A DNA stretch of 51,276 bases, taken from positions 37,106,711 to 37,157,986 of the forward strand of contig NC_068995.1 in NCBI RefSeq assembly GCF_001194135.2. Direction: 5' to 3'. The stretch's first letter is position 1. Each line of letters begins with the position of its first letter. Both the position numbers and the translations under genes were made by a program. This document shows, in pieces, positions 38,124 through 50,570 of this stretch. Source of the stretch: Octopus bimaculoides (taxonomy: Eukaryota). The notes under the pieces are model-generated. The model had not been told where the DNA came from. It searched no databases and saw only the letters and a program-made list of their open reading frames with translations.

Positions 38124-38371
38124 AAGAGAGGGAGGGAGAAAGAAATAATTACATATGCCATCGTGATGGTAGCATATGTAATTCAATTGGTTATAATGAG
38201 AATTACTTGGACAAAGTGTTTGCGTTGAAATGAAAAATTCCTGGGCATTAGTATTATGGACCAAATTGTGCAGGGAAGGAGGATGAACTTGTATGAACAT
38301 GATAACTACAAAGAAAAACTTTAAAACGATGGTGTTAAGGATGATTAAAAATCGAGAAAAATATAACTGAC

Positions 38372-38500
38372 CATTTTCACAAATGTATTCTTGCTTGAGG
38401 ATGGCGAGGTCTCTTCGATGTATCCCTGATATTTCTGGCGGCTAAATACAGGTGCATTGTCATTCACATCAAGTATTTCAATATTTATACTCGCAACATC
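38372..38500 (-). CDS. Cadherin gene, exon C (43 codons, phase 0-0; not in ORF track)
   Basis: Acceptor tttttcaattaatcctag| and donor atg|gtcagt. Encodes DVASINIEILDVNDNAPVFSRQKYQGYIEETSPSSSKNTFVKM with a canonical DVNDNAP linker. Confidence 0.92.
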
Positions 38501-38675
38501 CTAGGATTAATTGAAAAACAGAATTTAGAAACAGAAGTAAGAAGAATTCTCATTTTTATTAAATTATAATAAAAAAAACATAACGTATACGATGCAGTAA
38601 TAATGATTTAAATAAGAATTTAGAATATTTATAGGTTTTTGAAGATTAAAACGATATTTAATAATAATAATAATA

Positions 38676-38733
<58 letters not shown>

Positions 38734-38744
38734 GTAATAATTTG

Positions 38745-38929
38745 TACTAAAGGCACAAGGTCTGAAATTTAGGGGTGGAGACTAGTCGATTACCTCGACC
38801 CCAGTGTTTCACTGGTTCTTAATTTATTGACCTCGAGGGGTTGAAAGGCAAAGTCGACCTTGGTGGAATTTGAACTCGGATCGTAGCGACGGGTGGAATA
38901 CCGCAAAGCATTTCATCCAGTGCGCCGCC

Positions 38930-38930
<1 letters not shown>
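38745..38930 (-). mobile_element. SINE family A copy between two (AAT)n arrays
   Basis: Near-full reverse-complement copy; (AAT)n at about 38660-38740 and 38932-39010. Confidence 0.88.
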
Positions 38931-39010
<80 letters not shown>

Positions 39011-39011
<1 letters not shown>

Positions 39012-39597
39012 AGACACGACAAAGCTGGGACCTATATACACTGGAAGCTATGCCAACACTATGGAATAACAACAGAAAAACGATGGTATAAACACACGCC
39101 AGAAAAGGTCACAGAAAACGAGAAAGCAACCATACTCTGGGATATGCCAATACACACAGATAGAGAAATTAAGGCAAATAGACCAGATATAGTTGTCAAA
39201 GATCATGAAGAAAAAAATGCTTTCTAATTGATGTATNNNNNNNNNNNNNNNNNNNNNNNNNNNNNNNNNNNNNNNNNNNNNNNNNNNNNNNNNNNNNNNN
39301 NNNNNNNAGAGATAACTCGAATGTGGAGTCTAAAAACAGAAACAATTCCTATCATAGTAGGTGCCTTAGGTATAATAAAAAAATATTCAGACAAATACAT
39401 AACAAAAACACCAGGACTTACAAATATATATAACATACAGAAAATTGCACTACTGGGTACTGCACACATTCTACGCAAAACACTTTCAATACAGTAAACA
39501 TAAGAGCACCACAGCAAACCACAGCACATACCCAAGGCGCACAGAGCTGCGCTCGGTAGTAAAGTGAAAGCACGTTATAAAAATAAAACTACTGAAC
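39011..39597 (+). mobile_element. 5'-truncated R4/Dong-clade retrotransposon inserted in (TAA)n
   Basis: RHDKAGTYIHWKLC...WYKHTPEKVTENEKATILWDMPIHTDREIKANRPDIVV (RLE domain) and IPIIVGALG...QKIALLGTAHILRKTLSIQ*. (AAT)n on both flanks; internal N gap. Confidence 0.92.
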
Positions 39598-40519
39598 AAT
39601 AATAATAATAATAATGATAATAACGATAAAATATTCTGCTGAATATCACAGATTTGCTTGTCAGTTGCTTGACCTTAACCAGATGAGCGTGTTCTAATGA
39701 TATGTGCATCTCTGATTACGAGCAGAAGTAGTGGGGGCATCATACCCATGTGTTGAGAGGAATTCTTTGAGATTTGAATAATTCACGCTTGGAAACATGG
39801 GTGTTTTGTTCATTATCCTTAAACTAACCTTATTCAGGGACCTCTTGAGTAGGATGGGCTACTCGACCTGAAGGAAATTCTCAACGGACCTATTTGCAAG
39901 GTCATACGTTGTTTAATCTTGATATAAGGTCACCAAATCGTGCACATATGATTGTGATGCATGTGCCTGGTGTACTCCTCAGATGGGTAGTGATGATGGG
40001 TATATTGGGTTTCGTATATTTTACCCCCGTGTCACTTTGATGGCATGCACTGTTCTCCCACTCAATAATAATAATAATGAGTGGAGGGGATCTGCTGATG
40101 GCATCGATGTAAGTATGTGAATGGTGCTTTGTTTCATCGAACCCGTAGGAATGAAAGGCAAGTTGAACGAGGCAGGATTCGAACACAAAACATAAAGTGC
40201 CGGAAATATATTACAAGGAATTTTTCCCAACGATCCCATGATTCTCCAGCTCATCGACTTAATGGCTTCTGATTAAAGCAGAAGGCCATCAATTTGGAGA
40301 GTAAGGGATTGGTCTACTGCATCGGCCTTAATGTAGCTATGTGCTAAAACCATGCCCAAGTTATTTTAGGGTCATACTATTCAAATATTTCTAATATTTC
40401 TTATCTTTCCCCTCTCTTCCTCTTCCTCCCTCCTCTCTGTGAATTCCAATATAAAACATGGTAAACCCGAAGTAGTTAGGTTATCACTAAGGATTTCATA
40501 CTAATGTAATGATTCGCGG

Positions 40520-41350
40520 CAGGTGAGGTAGAAATACTTCAAAGAGGAAAATACTGGAATGATTCAAGAACGAGAAGAGATAAATCATTGAAGGAAAGTT
40601 AAGTAAGATTAACTTAAGATAGGGTTGAAGGAACGATCTTAGAAAAAATAGGCTGGAATGATTAAAGGATGAGAGTCATTCGAGGATGGACCAAGAGAAA
40701 TAAATCAAGAGTTTATAGAACTCAGGAGATGATTAAGAGGAAGAATTTCAAGAAAGATAGAGAGGAATAATTTAAAGATGCGTAAAAACAGAATTCAAAA
40801 AAGGGTTGATAGGAATGATTCATGGAAGGACAGAGAAGAATGACTCAAAGAGGGTAGATATCTATGATTCAAGGAATGATTACGCTAGCAATTTGTTCTT
40901 CATCAAGAAATTTTACAGGAATGAATCAAGGAAAGATAGAAAGAAATGATTAACAAGAAGATATAGGCATAAATAATTCCAGGAAGGCTCTATAGGAATG
41001 ATACAAATACGGAGAGGAAAGAATTATTAAAGGAATGGTTGGCAAGAACCAATGATACAAATACGGAATGATACAAATACGGAAAGGAAAGAATTATTAA
41101 AGGAATGGTTGGCAGGAATCAATGAAGGTCTGATAATGCCGATTCATGGAAAAATTGGTAGGAAAGGTTCTAAGAAGGTTAAATAAGAATGATTTAAGAA
41201 TAGAATAAAGGCCTAATGCAAGAGAGGGTAAACAAAAATAACCCATGTAAAATGGAAAACTGAGTCAAGGACGAACGAATAGTAGGCTTTTTTAAGAAAT
41301 AGAACAGTACACAGGAATCACTTAATAAAGGATAGAGAGATATATTTCAG
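40520..41350 (+). repeat. Purine-rich degenerate minisatellite with a GGAATGATT core, including a recent 70-bp tandem duplication (40995-41124)
   Basis: More than 12 (g/a)gaatga(t/c) cores; strong A+G strand bias. Confidence 0.75.
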
Positions 41351-41794
41351 TGAAGGGTAAACAAGAATAAGTCTAAGAATATTTTGTCAGAATCGGTTTG
41401 TGTTGTCTTACTATGGGAAGATATAATCTCGGTATTACAAATGAATTAATTATTCATTCAATACGCATTACATGTCACCAGTTTGTAACTGATATTTCAG
41501 TATTACTGCACACGGAGTATTCTGCTAATTAAAGTTATGTTTGTTCTCCAAAATTTCGAGTTTTTGAACCTCATTGACTCAACCTACTACATTTCTTTGA
41601 CGTATAACAATTTTTCATGGAAATAAACAATTTCTGTTATTTAACTCTTTTGTAGAAACCAAAACAAACTGTATTTTGAAATCGATAATTCCTACAATAT
41701 GGAACGTGTTTCTGCTGTGTTGCTTACAATACGTTTGAACCTAATATGAAATAAGTTTTATATTTCTTTATGAAGTCGATCCATTGTGACATAC

Positions 41795-41902
41795 ATGACT
41801 TGGAGGAATTCCTGCATCTGTTGCTTTAACTTGTAGAATTATATTATCATTTTGTTCTTTATCAAGGAATGTACTCAAACTTTTCACAAAGATTTCTCCA
41901 TT
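41795..41902 (-). CDS. Cadherin gene, exon B (36 codons, phase 0-0; not in ORF track)
   Basis: Acceptor ttgctgttttccag| and donor cat|gtatgt. Encodes NGEIFVKSLSTFLDKEQNDNIILQVKATDAGIPPSH (LDKE = LDRE motif; ATDxG). Joins exon A as FGIKS|NGEIF. Confidence 0.92.
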
Positions 41903-42884
41903 CTGGAAAACAGCAACAAAAAGAAAGAAAACATAGCGGTCAATATTAAAAACAACAACAAAAACAAAACCTATTTAAAACACAAACATTACAAAGTTTG
42001 AATTTGCACGAAAACCGAAATAAAGACATTTCCTTTTAATCTACTTTGTTTATTTACGTATTTCTGTAATTAAATTATTCTCTTTTATATGGATAAATTA
42101 TTGTAATTTTTGAAAGAAGATGCAAACAGGTTGGATAATATGGAATTTGCATATTACGTTAGAGAAAATAGTTTTTGTTTCGTTATTTCATTCATTGCAG
42201 AAATTAGGAATTGTTAACCCGAAAAAATTAACTAAATAATGAATATTACTGTCTATTAGTGTTCAGAAAAGTATTTATATCAAGCTTTATCTTGCAGCAA
42301 AATACAGTCGTTGTATTGTTGCGAACACCAACATCAAACGCAGCATGGGCTTTTTAGAGCAAGCACAATAATTTTAATTACTGTAGAGTAAATATACACG
42401 TAGTTGGCAAGTATTACCAGAACATCATAACTGGGTATTGTGATTCGTTAGGAACTCGAAATAGTCTTCACAGGTGTAAAATGTAACCATAATATAATAA
42501 ATAAATACGACATATTTCTATTAAATTTGTTATAAGTAGATATGTTTGTAATAACATTTATAATTGATTGATAATTTAGGTAGAATGAGGATAACATTCA
42601 GGGTTCTTAGCTGAAAAGATGACTATTCTCTATATTTAATAGGAGTATGTGTGTTAGAAGTGGTTCCGTTGTGCCTTCTATAACATTTACCCCTTTCATC
42701 TCTTGCCTTCTTTATTATTAGCAACTTCTACACACTTATCTTTCATATATGTCCCTCTTTTTGTTTTGCCATCCATATATTTTCGTTTTTGTAGATCAGC
42801 ACTTAGCATTGCATACAACCATTTCCCCAAGTTGCAGTCTTCCACAAGTCATCCTATCCCCACTTCTGTAATTTAATTCTTGGT

Positions 42885-43092
42885 TTCAAATTTTGACACA
42901 AGGTCAACAAGTCCGCAGGAGAAGGATAAGTTGATTACATCGAACCCAATGCTAAACTAATACTTATTTTATGCACTCCGAAATGATGAAAAGCAAAGTC
43001 AGCCTCGGCGGAATTTGAATTCAGAACATAAAGTCGGGCGAAATGTTGCTAAGCATTTTGTCTGGCGCGCTACGATTCTGCCGGCTCACCAC
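42885..43092 (-). mobile_element. SINE family A copy
   Basis: Reverse complement of the family A consensus. Confidence 0.8.
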
Positions 43093-44060
43093 TTCCCGTA
43101 ATATAATTATTGAAAACGTGGACCTATAAAATTTTCAGCGTTTATGTTAAAGTTTAAACTTCAGCATCTTAATGCTACGAACGTAATTCGCCATCTTGAG
43201 AATAAATAAAACACTCTTTTGATTCAGTCAAATATTAATCAGATTAATCGAAAATCATAGTTGCAGGATTCTCTTCGTTTATATTTTTACATTGATTAGT
43301 TTACATGGCTGGCATTTCTCATTCAGTATTTGGTTTTCATATTCTGAAAATTCAGAAAATTCGAAGACAGATTTTGGTTATGCAAATGTGAATGTTATTA
43401 TAGCAATTGATATTTTTTAACGTCCAATATGCAACAAAGCAAAACAAAAAAATATGATCAGCTTTCAGTAGTTATTAAGACTGTGGCAGCTGGAAAAATG
43501 GAAAAAAGTGTTGACTTATTAACCTAACTGTCGACAGTTCGTATCCTGCAGAAACCACGCTATCTCTGACGAAAGCATTTATCACTCGATGGTCATAACG
43601 TACTTGTAAAGTATTTCGTTAGTCTACAGCACCCACCGAAAAATTCTTAAGTGTAAACATTTTTTTACTGTAGATTGATATCAAAATGGAAGTCTTTTGA
43701 TTCATGTAAGAAACCAGTTCAACCTACTTTACTTTCTGGCAGATGTTGTTTAGAACAACTTCAGCGCTGATCCTGAAGATCTATAATCAAAGATGTTCTA
43801 TACGCAACCTCTTGTTTATACTTTTTCAGACTCACTCCGGTTAAGACTACATTATTAAATTAATCCATTCTTAAATAAAAAAACAGTAGCATGTAATTTG
43901 TTGGAGATTTAGTTGCCATTTCTGATTGTTTGTGCAACCATGCAGAGATTTCACAGTTAGCCCAAATTCATAGCAGTTTTCCATAAAGTCAAAAATGTTT
44001 TAAAAATGATAAACTCAGAAATTTACAAGAAAATGAAAAATTAATTGTTTCAATAGTTAC

Positions 44061-44273
44061 CGATTTTATACCAAAATATTGACTGCCTTTGCCAGAAAGA
44101 CTGTATGTTAACTTTCCATTGATACCATTATCTTTGTCTAGAGCAGTAACTTGCCCAACAATTTGTCCAATAGTGACATTCTCCATCAAATTGAATTCGT
44201 AGTTGGACTTGGTAAATTCAGGTGCATGATCGTTTACATCATCGATGGTGATGGTAACTGATGATTCAACTTT
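44061..44273 (-). CDS. Cadherin gene, exon A (first exon found; 71 codons, phase 0-0)
   Basis: Acceptor ttttctcttattcag| and donor tcg|gtaact. Encodes KVESSVTITIDDVNDHAPEFTKSNYEFNLMENVTIGQIVGQVTALDKDNGINGKLTYSLSGKGSQYFGIKS, with DxND, xE and DxD cadherin motifs. Confidence 0.93.
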
Positions 44274-44439
44274 CTGAATAAGAGAAAATAACAATAACTT
44301 ATTTCCACATGATAAAATACAATAAATGATCACATAAGAAAGTAACACTCACGTTGGTTTCATGTGTGTGGCAGAATCAATAGAGGAAAAGGGTTCTGAC
44401 AAAGAGTTCGAATAAGTTTACGCTTCCATTTTGTGTGGA

Positions 44440-44612
44440 GCCTGCCACGTATTCAATAATTGTTTTAATTTTTAGGGGAGGAGTCGATTACAGGCGTGCC
44501 AGTGATCAAATGGTACGTATTTTAAAGGCCCTGGAAGGCGAAATTTGAATTCGGAACCGGAAGAAATACCGCAGAAATTTTGTCCGGCGCTCTAATCATT
44601 CTGGCAGCTCTT
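44440..44612 (-). mobile_element. SINE family A copy (degraded, with deletions)
   Basis: gggggaggagtcgattac...aaatttgaattcggaac...ctggcagctc. Confidence 0.6.
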
Positions 44613-45631
44613 TGTTTCTAATTATCAAATAATGCTCACGCTATAAGGACAGAGGGCTATTCAGTTGATTAAGCAAAATTAACTTATTGTCATTGCCTTA
44701 CTATTGTTTCCTGCTGTTTTATATACTTCGTCAGCTGCCACTTCACCTCTTTATCCTCAATGCCCTCATTCCAGGCTCACTTTCCTCATATGCTTCTTCT
44801 CTTCATGGCGTATCTATTCCTTCTTTTCCTTCGGATGTTCCCTCAGCATCGTGTTCAAACATTCCTAACCAAATTGCAACTTCCTGGAATTCCTCGCAAA
44901 GATTTTAAGGTTGAACATTATCAGTATCAACCTCACTACTCTGCAAGGGCCTGCGAAAATGAAAGATTTTACCGCTTCTTTTTTGATTAAGTAGAAATTA
45001 TGTCCAATATTTGTATAATTATTTCTCACATTCCAATTATACTGTGGAAATCAGATATATCCTCTCAAAATGTCATTATTCCTATCTGCGGGAAGCAGTT
45101 TATGTATCGGTGTTTCTTTTGTTGAGGAATCCAATGTTTGAAACTAATTTTGTTGAGATACGTCAAATTTATTCAGGCAACATGACTTGCCGAAATATCA
45201 ATTATATTTTTGATATATATCATTACTAGAATAACTACAAAATTCATTTTTTCAGTTGAAGGCGTAAAGGATAGAAGAACCATACATAATTTATATATCC
45301 TATATATAATTTTATCTATGGAAATTGAGGATTTCGTTGAGAAATAGTGCATTTATCAGACTTCAACATTATGAAGCACGAACAACAATCTTCTGACTCA
45401 ATAAAGTCGCTCTTCAAAAAATGGTGACATTTTATAGAAACATAATACAGTAGTTACATTATAAAATATATGGCCTGATAGAACCGGAATATGATTAAGA
45501 AAACAAGTCTTGCAAATATGCTGGGTGTGGAGTAAACAAGAGGTTATTTCATTAGAATCTTATAATTGATGTCTCTATGCACGCTATAAAAATGATAATT
45601 TGATATTCAAATGTGCGATATAATAATAATG

Positions 45632-45702
<71 letters not shown>

Positions 45703-45711
45703 CTTTACTAC

Positions 45712-45815
45712 AATAGGCACAAGGCCTGAAAGTTTGGGATGGGGACTAGTCGATTATACTCACCCCAGTGTTTCACTGGTACTTAATTTATCAACCCGAA
45801 ATGAAGAAAGGCAAA
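45712..45815 (-). mobile_element. SINE family A, 3' half with an expanded (ATT)n tail (45620-45700)
   Basis: ggcacaaggcctgaaag...ctagtcgattatactcaccccagtgtttcactggtacttaatttatcaacccgaa; truncated where the 345-bp repeat begins. Confidence 0.8.
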
Positions 45816-46700
45816 TACTATATATTCTTTAAGTGACACACAGCCGCTGATCTCGTATAGAAGAAAACAATTTGTTTTAAATCTCTGAGCGCGAAATACA
45901 CAGTAACAGTACCGAATAGTAAAGTTTATATACGAACAGAATCTGACAGTCCTGTAAAGGACGATGTTACTGTTGTTTTAGCCCCAGGAAAACAACTTTT
46001 CCAGCTGGTTATCGACACACAATTTGTGTGCGTATAATATTTGAAAGGAAGGACATCGCTCCTATCTCTAGCCTTACGTGATACTCACAGACCAAGGTTT
46101 ATGGGTGGTTAGCCGTCCCCAGTGTAAGAAATCTGCAAGCTAGCTCACTCCACTTGCAAATACTATATATTTTATATTTTCTTTAAGCGACACACACAGT
46201 CTCTAAATCACGTATAGAGAAAAGTAATTTGTTTTAAATCTCTGAGCGAGATATATACAATAACAGTACCGAATATTAAAGTTAATATGCCAACAGAATG
46301 TGGCACTCCTGTAAAGGACAATGTTACTGTTGTTATAGCCCCAGAAAAACATCTTTTTCAGCTGGCTTTCAACATATAGTTTGTGTTCGTATATCATGTC
46401 TCTCGCTCAGAGATTTAAAACAAATTGTTTTTCTCTATACGATATCTGTAACTGTGTGTCACTTAAAGAATGTATAGTATTTGCGAGTGGAGATAGCTTT
46501 CATCGCTAGCTTGTGGTTTTCTCACACAGAGCTCGGGTATCCACTCAGAAACTTAGGTCTGTGAGTATCAAGTAAGGCTAGAGATGAGAGCGATGAACTC
46601 CCTTGCAAATGCTATACGGACACAAATTGTGTGTCGACAGCCGGTAACATCGTCCTTTACAGGACTGCCACATTCTGTCGGCATATAAACTTTACTATTG
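45811..46700. repeat. 345-bp repeat unit: about 1.7 direct tandem copies followed by an inverted copy
   Basis: Units start with gcaaatacta at 45811 and 46156. About 46399-46700 is the reverse complement of the unit; another inverted fragment lies near 46934-46968. Confidence 0.9.
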
Positions 46701-46704
46701 TAAT

Positions 46705-46895
46705 TATTATTCCAGCTAAAATGCTTAGCGGTATTTCGTCCGTCTTTACGTTCTGAGTTCAAATTCTGCCGAAGTTGACTTTGCCTTTCATTCATTCGGG
46801 ATCGAGGAAATAAATATCATCTGAGCACTGGGGGTAGATTTAACCGAGTAGTCCTCTTCCGCCATATTTCAGGCCTTGTGTATTCAGTAGGAAGG
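46705..46895 (+). mobile_element. SINE family A copy ending in an (ATT)n tail
   Basis: aaatgcttagcggtatttcgtccgtctttacgttctgagttcaaattctgcc...ggaaggattattattatt. Confidence 0.85.
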
Positions 46896-46981
46896 ATTAT
46901 TATTATTATGCGATGAAAACTCATAGCTTATATCTCTCGCACAGAGATTTAAAGCAAATTGTTTATCTCAATAATAATAGA

Positions 46982-47021
<40 letters not shown>

Positions 47022-47104
47022 GTGATGATGTCATTTATTTGCCACAAGGGCGAAGGACCTGGGGGGACAATACAAAGACTGACATAAAGTCTGTTTCCGT
47101 GGTA

Positions 47105-47461
47105 GGGGTAAGTAGATTACATTGAACCCAGTACTCAAAGATGAAACGCTAAGTCGTCCTCAGCGAAATTTGAATGCAGAACATAAAGACGCACGAAATG
47201 CCGGTGAGCATTCTGCCCCGCGCGCTAACGATTCTTCTAGTTTGACGATTTTAGCTTAAAATTTTGATACAAGGCCAGCAATTTCGTGGGAGGGAGTAAG
47301 TCGATTACATCGACTCCAGTACCCAAGTCTAACTTATTCTATCGATCCGAAAGGATAAAAGGCAAAATCAACCTCGGCGGTTTTCGAACCCAGAACATAG
47401 AGACGGACGAAATGCCGCTAAGCTTCTTATTCAGTGTGCTAACGCATCTGCCACTACCTTG

Positions 47462-47500
<39 letters not shown>

Positions 47501-47602
47501 GCTTCAAATTTTGCCAACAGTGCAACCATTTTGGGGGAGAGGGGATAAGATGATTGCATCGACCCCGGTGTTTCACTGGTACTTAATTCATCGACCCCGA
47601 AA
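47105..47602 (-). mobile_element. Three stacked SINE family A copies (about 47105-47245, 47265-47460, 47505-47602)
   Basis: Repeated reverse-complement family A segments, with (AAT)n between the last two. Confidence 0.82.
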
Positions 47603-47637
<35 letters not shown>

Positions 47638-50369
47638 ATAATAATAATAATAATGATAATAATAAACAAGAACCGGAAAAACTATCGAGAGACTGAGAAT
47701 GAGATTATATGCAATAGCATTTAAAAAAAAATTCTTGTATAAGTGCAAATCTCATTCGCATAAAACATTTCATACAAAGATCATTAAACGAGTTACTTGA
47801 TAAAACAGGGTTTCTGTGAAATTAGGAAGAGAGAGAAAATAGGAAGAATGTTGTTCTTGGAGCTGTAGTGGATGACATGAGCACACAAGCAAGCTGTAGG
47901 GAATGATGTGATCGTAGGTTAAAGCAATTCCAGATTATCTTTCATTTTGATATTGTTATCAACACCACTTGAAGTTCTGAGTTTGAGTTATTCAACATGG
48001 ATGAGTTCCTCTCCTGATAAACACTTCAAATACTTGTAGACGTATTCGAGGTCATATTTTCAAAGTAACAACATGGTCGTCAAGATCGTTTCTAACTTGG
48101 TTCTTATTTTAAATAGAATATATTGGATAATTGAAAGTAAAGGATATTTTCCTGGAGTAACAATAATAAGATATGAACTGATAACATGTATCTCTATCCT
48201 TCAATAATGTGTGACAGTGTTGTATTCTGTCAGCAAATGTAAATTGACAAGTGTATTGACCTATAATATTCTTTATACAAATAAAGTTAGTAGAAGCTTA
48301 ATTTCATTATTAATTTTCATCATTCTCAACTGAATAAACTTTCATTATGAATTAAAAACAAACAAATCAATACGAATATAGGACATCTACATAAAAAAAT
48401 ATACCTCAAAATTTTTTCTTAATAGTGTAAATATGTGATGCACACGGAAATTATTTTATTGGAATAATCCGAATTCTGGAACTGTTGTTTTTCCTTCCAC
48501 TTATAAAACAACATTTCTACCAATCTAATTAAGAATACGCAAAGAACTAATTTTTTGTTTGTATAATTATAAATGCCTTCATTTTATCTACGCAAAACAT
48601 ATGGTTTATATAACGAATACAACTTCCGTAAACACATCTAATTAAATTTTTTTCGGTTCTCGATCCTATTGAGAAAATCTAAAATATTTGATATGCTGCT
48701 ATGTTAATATGTGTAGTAGAAAGCACATTCCACAATTTGATTTACTCTCATTGATTTTATAGTCTTCAAATACACTTTGATAACAGCAGTTAGGATAGAT
48801 CTGATAGAACTACGTCAATTCCCCCAAAATATATTCAAATTCACATAAATGATACATGAATATTTAATATATACGTTGTTGGTTTTTAGTCTAACAGGAA
48901 AAAGTCAGTACTTCACTATTTGCAAAGTGTTACAGTTTATGTAAATATACAGACTAAACAGTTACATTATAAAAGAATCTTAAAGGTACTACTATATCTG
49001 AGGTTTGAGCTTTTAGCATTAGATATTTTCACATAACTTTCTGATTTATTGCTGAATTACATTTTGGTGCCTGGTTAACGTCATCTCAGTTTTTATTCAA
49101 TAACAGGAATTATACTTCATTATAAAGTTCCGACGAAGACAAAATGTCTAATAATTATAGCAATTCTGTAGAATTCACACCTTTTACAAATTACTTTCGC
49201 GACGTGTGTGAAATGTTATAGCGACAATCATCCTTAATCAGATTCTATAACTGGGTTGTGAATTCAGCAATACTTGAATGCTCTTTGCTTCTCTGTCTGT
49301 TTCTCTGTCTGTTTCTCTGTCTTTCAACCTATGTGCGAGTGTATGTGTGTACATATACATACATGCATACATACTTATATGCACGCACACATACACACAC
49401 ACATATACGCATTTCCTGTGTTACCGAATTATAGTTCCTAAAATATTGCCGTAAGTTAGAATTTTGTAACGTAAAACCTATTTTCCATTGAGTTTCTTCT
49501 AGCATGGGAATCAATGAACATGGAAGACAATGGTAAATATGTACTAAAATTACTCCATACTTTTAGATCCAAAGTTTCCCGGCCTTTCGTAATCTTCAGT
49601 GGGAAGAAAGGAAATTGATGATTGTGCTCCCATTATTTAGAATAATTCGTAATAGTTTTAAACCCGTACAGAGAAAAGCAAAAACGTGTCATCATTATTG
49701 TATGATGCAAAGAAGGGAAACTGCGAATGATTAACAAAAAAAAAAAAAAAGAACTGTTGAATAAAGCATAGTTATGAGCAGTCATGGTCGTGTGATTTGG
49801 AAATAGATGACGAGATATTGCACAAGCTTGAGGAGGAATTTTATCACAGACATTGTGGGAAATTTTTTCATAGACATGATGGGTCTAAAAGCATTACTAG
49901 ACTATGAATGAGGTTACCAGACGTCTGAACGCGGGCGTTTTTGCATCGTTACACGCTGTTACACATCGTTACTGTCTCCTCGTGATCATGAACAAATGCT
50001 CGGTATACGTAACTGATGAAGCGCAAGGGCGCAGAAATGTATACGTCCTACGATCCGGTGATGTCATTAGTGGTGTGTCATTTTAGTGGTGTGTTTATAT
50101 CTATATGATCTGTAAGGATAATTTCTTCTCTAAAGACAACTTGTACAGCGTTTTGTTTTTCCATATTCAAATGTACAGGAATACGTTGAATATGGCTGTT
50201 GATAACTATATAATGGACTTAGTTTCTACAAATTTACACGAAACACAATTGATAACTTGGGGAATGAGTTGCGTATATTAGTAATGCATGTAATGCTATG
50301 CTCTATACTTTCGACTTAACAATTTATTCATATAAATGGATTGTCATAGAATGGTAAATAATGTAACTG

Positions 50370-50401
<32 letters not shown>

Positions 50402-50407
50402 TGTATG

Positions 50408-50570
50408 AAGGCATGTGGCTGTGTGGTAAGAAGTTTGCTTCCCAATCACATAGTTCTGGGTTCAGTGCTATATAGTAGCACATTGGGCAAGTGTTTTCTA
50501 CTATAGCCACGAGCCGACAAAAGACTTGTGGTTGGATTTGGTAGCGGGAAACTGAAAAGAAGCCTGTAGT
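50408..50570 (+). mobile_element. SINE family B, 5' half
   Basis: gtggctgtgtggtaagaagtttgcttcccaatcacatagttctgggttcagt...ttgggcaagtgttttctactatagcc, homologous to 1974-2136. Confidence 0.85.

Larger units (their letters stand above)
6146..44273 (-). other. Partial multi-exon cadherin-related gene (7 exons, 1413 nt, about 471 aa); probably CDH23/Cad87A-type or Fat/Dachsous-type, not a clustered protocadherin
   Basis: All six junctions are phase-compatible and give continuous EC-repeat sequence. EC repeats split by many introns argue against clustered protocadherins, whose ectodomain is mostly on one large exon. No signal peptide, transmembrane or cytoplasmic exon was found. Subfamily is inferred only. 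Confidence 0.85.

Noticed and set aside
6146-44273. Member of the expanded octopus clustered protocadherins
   Set aside because: The ectodomain is split over many small exons with long introns, unlike the largely single-exon ectodomain of clustered protocadherins.
47880-48120. Possible LINE RT fragment on the minus strand (...SSGVDNN...)
   Set aside because: Similarity rests on one short motif, too weak to annotate without a search.
49035-49085. Minus-strand DDVNQAPK resembling a cadherin linker
   Set aside because: A stop codon lies immediately upstream, the splice sites are weak, and there is no preceding beta-strand pattern.
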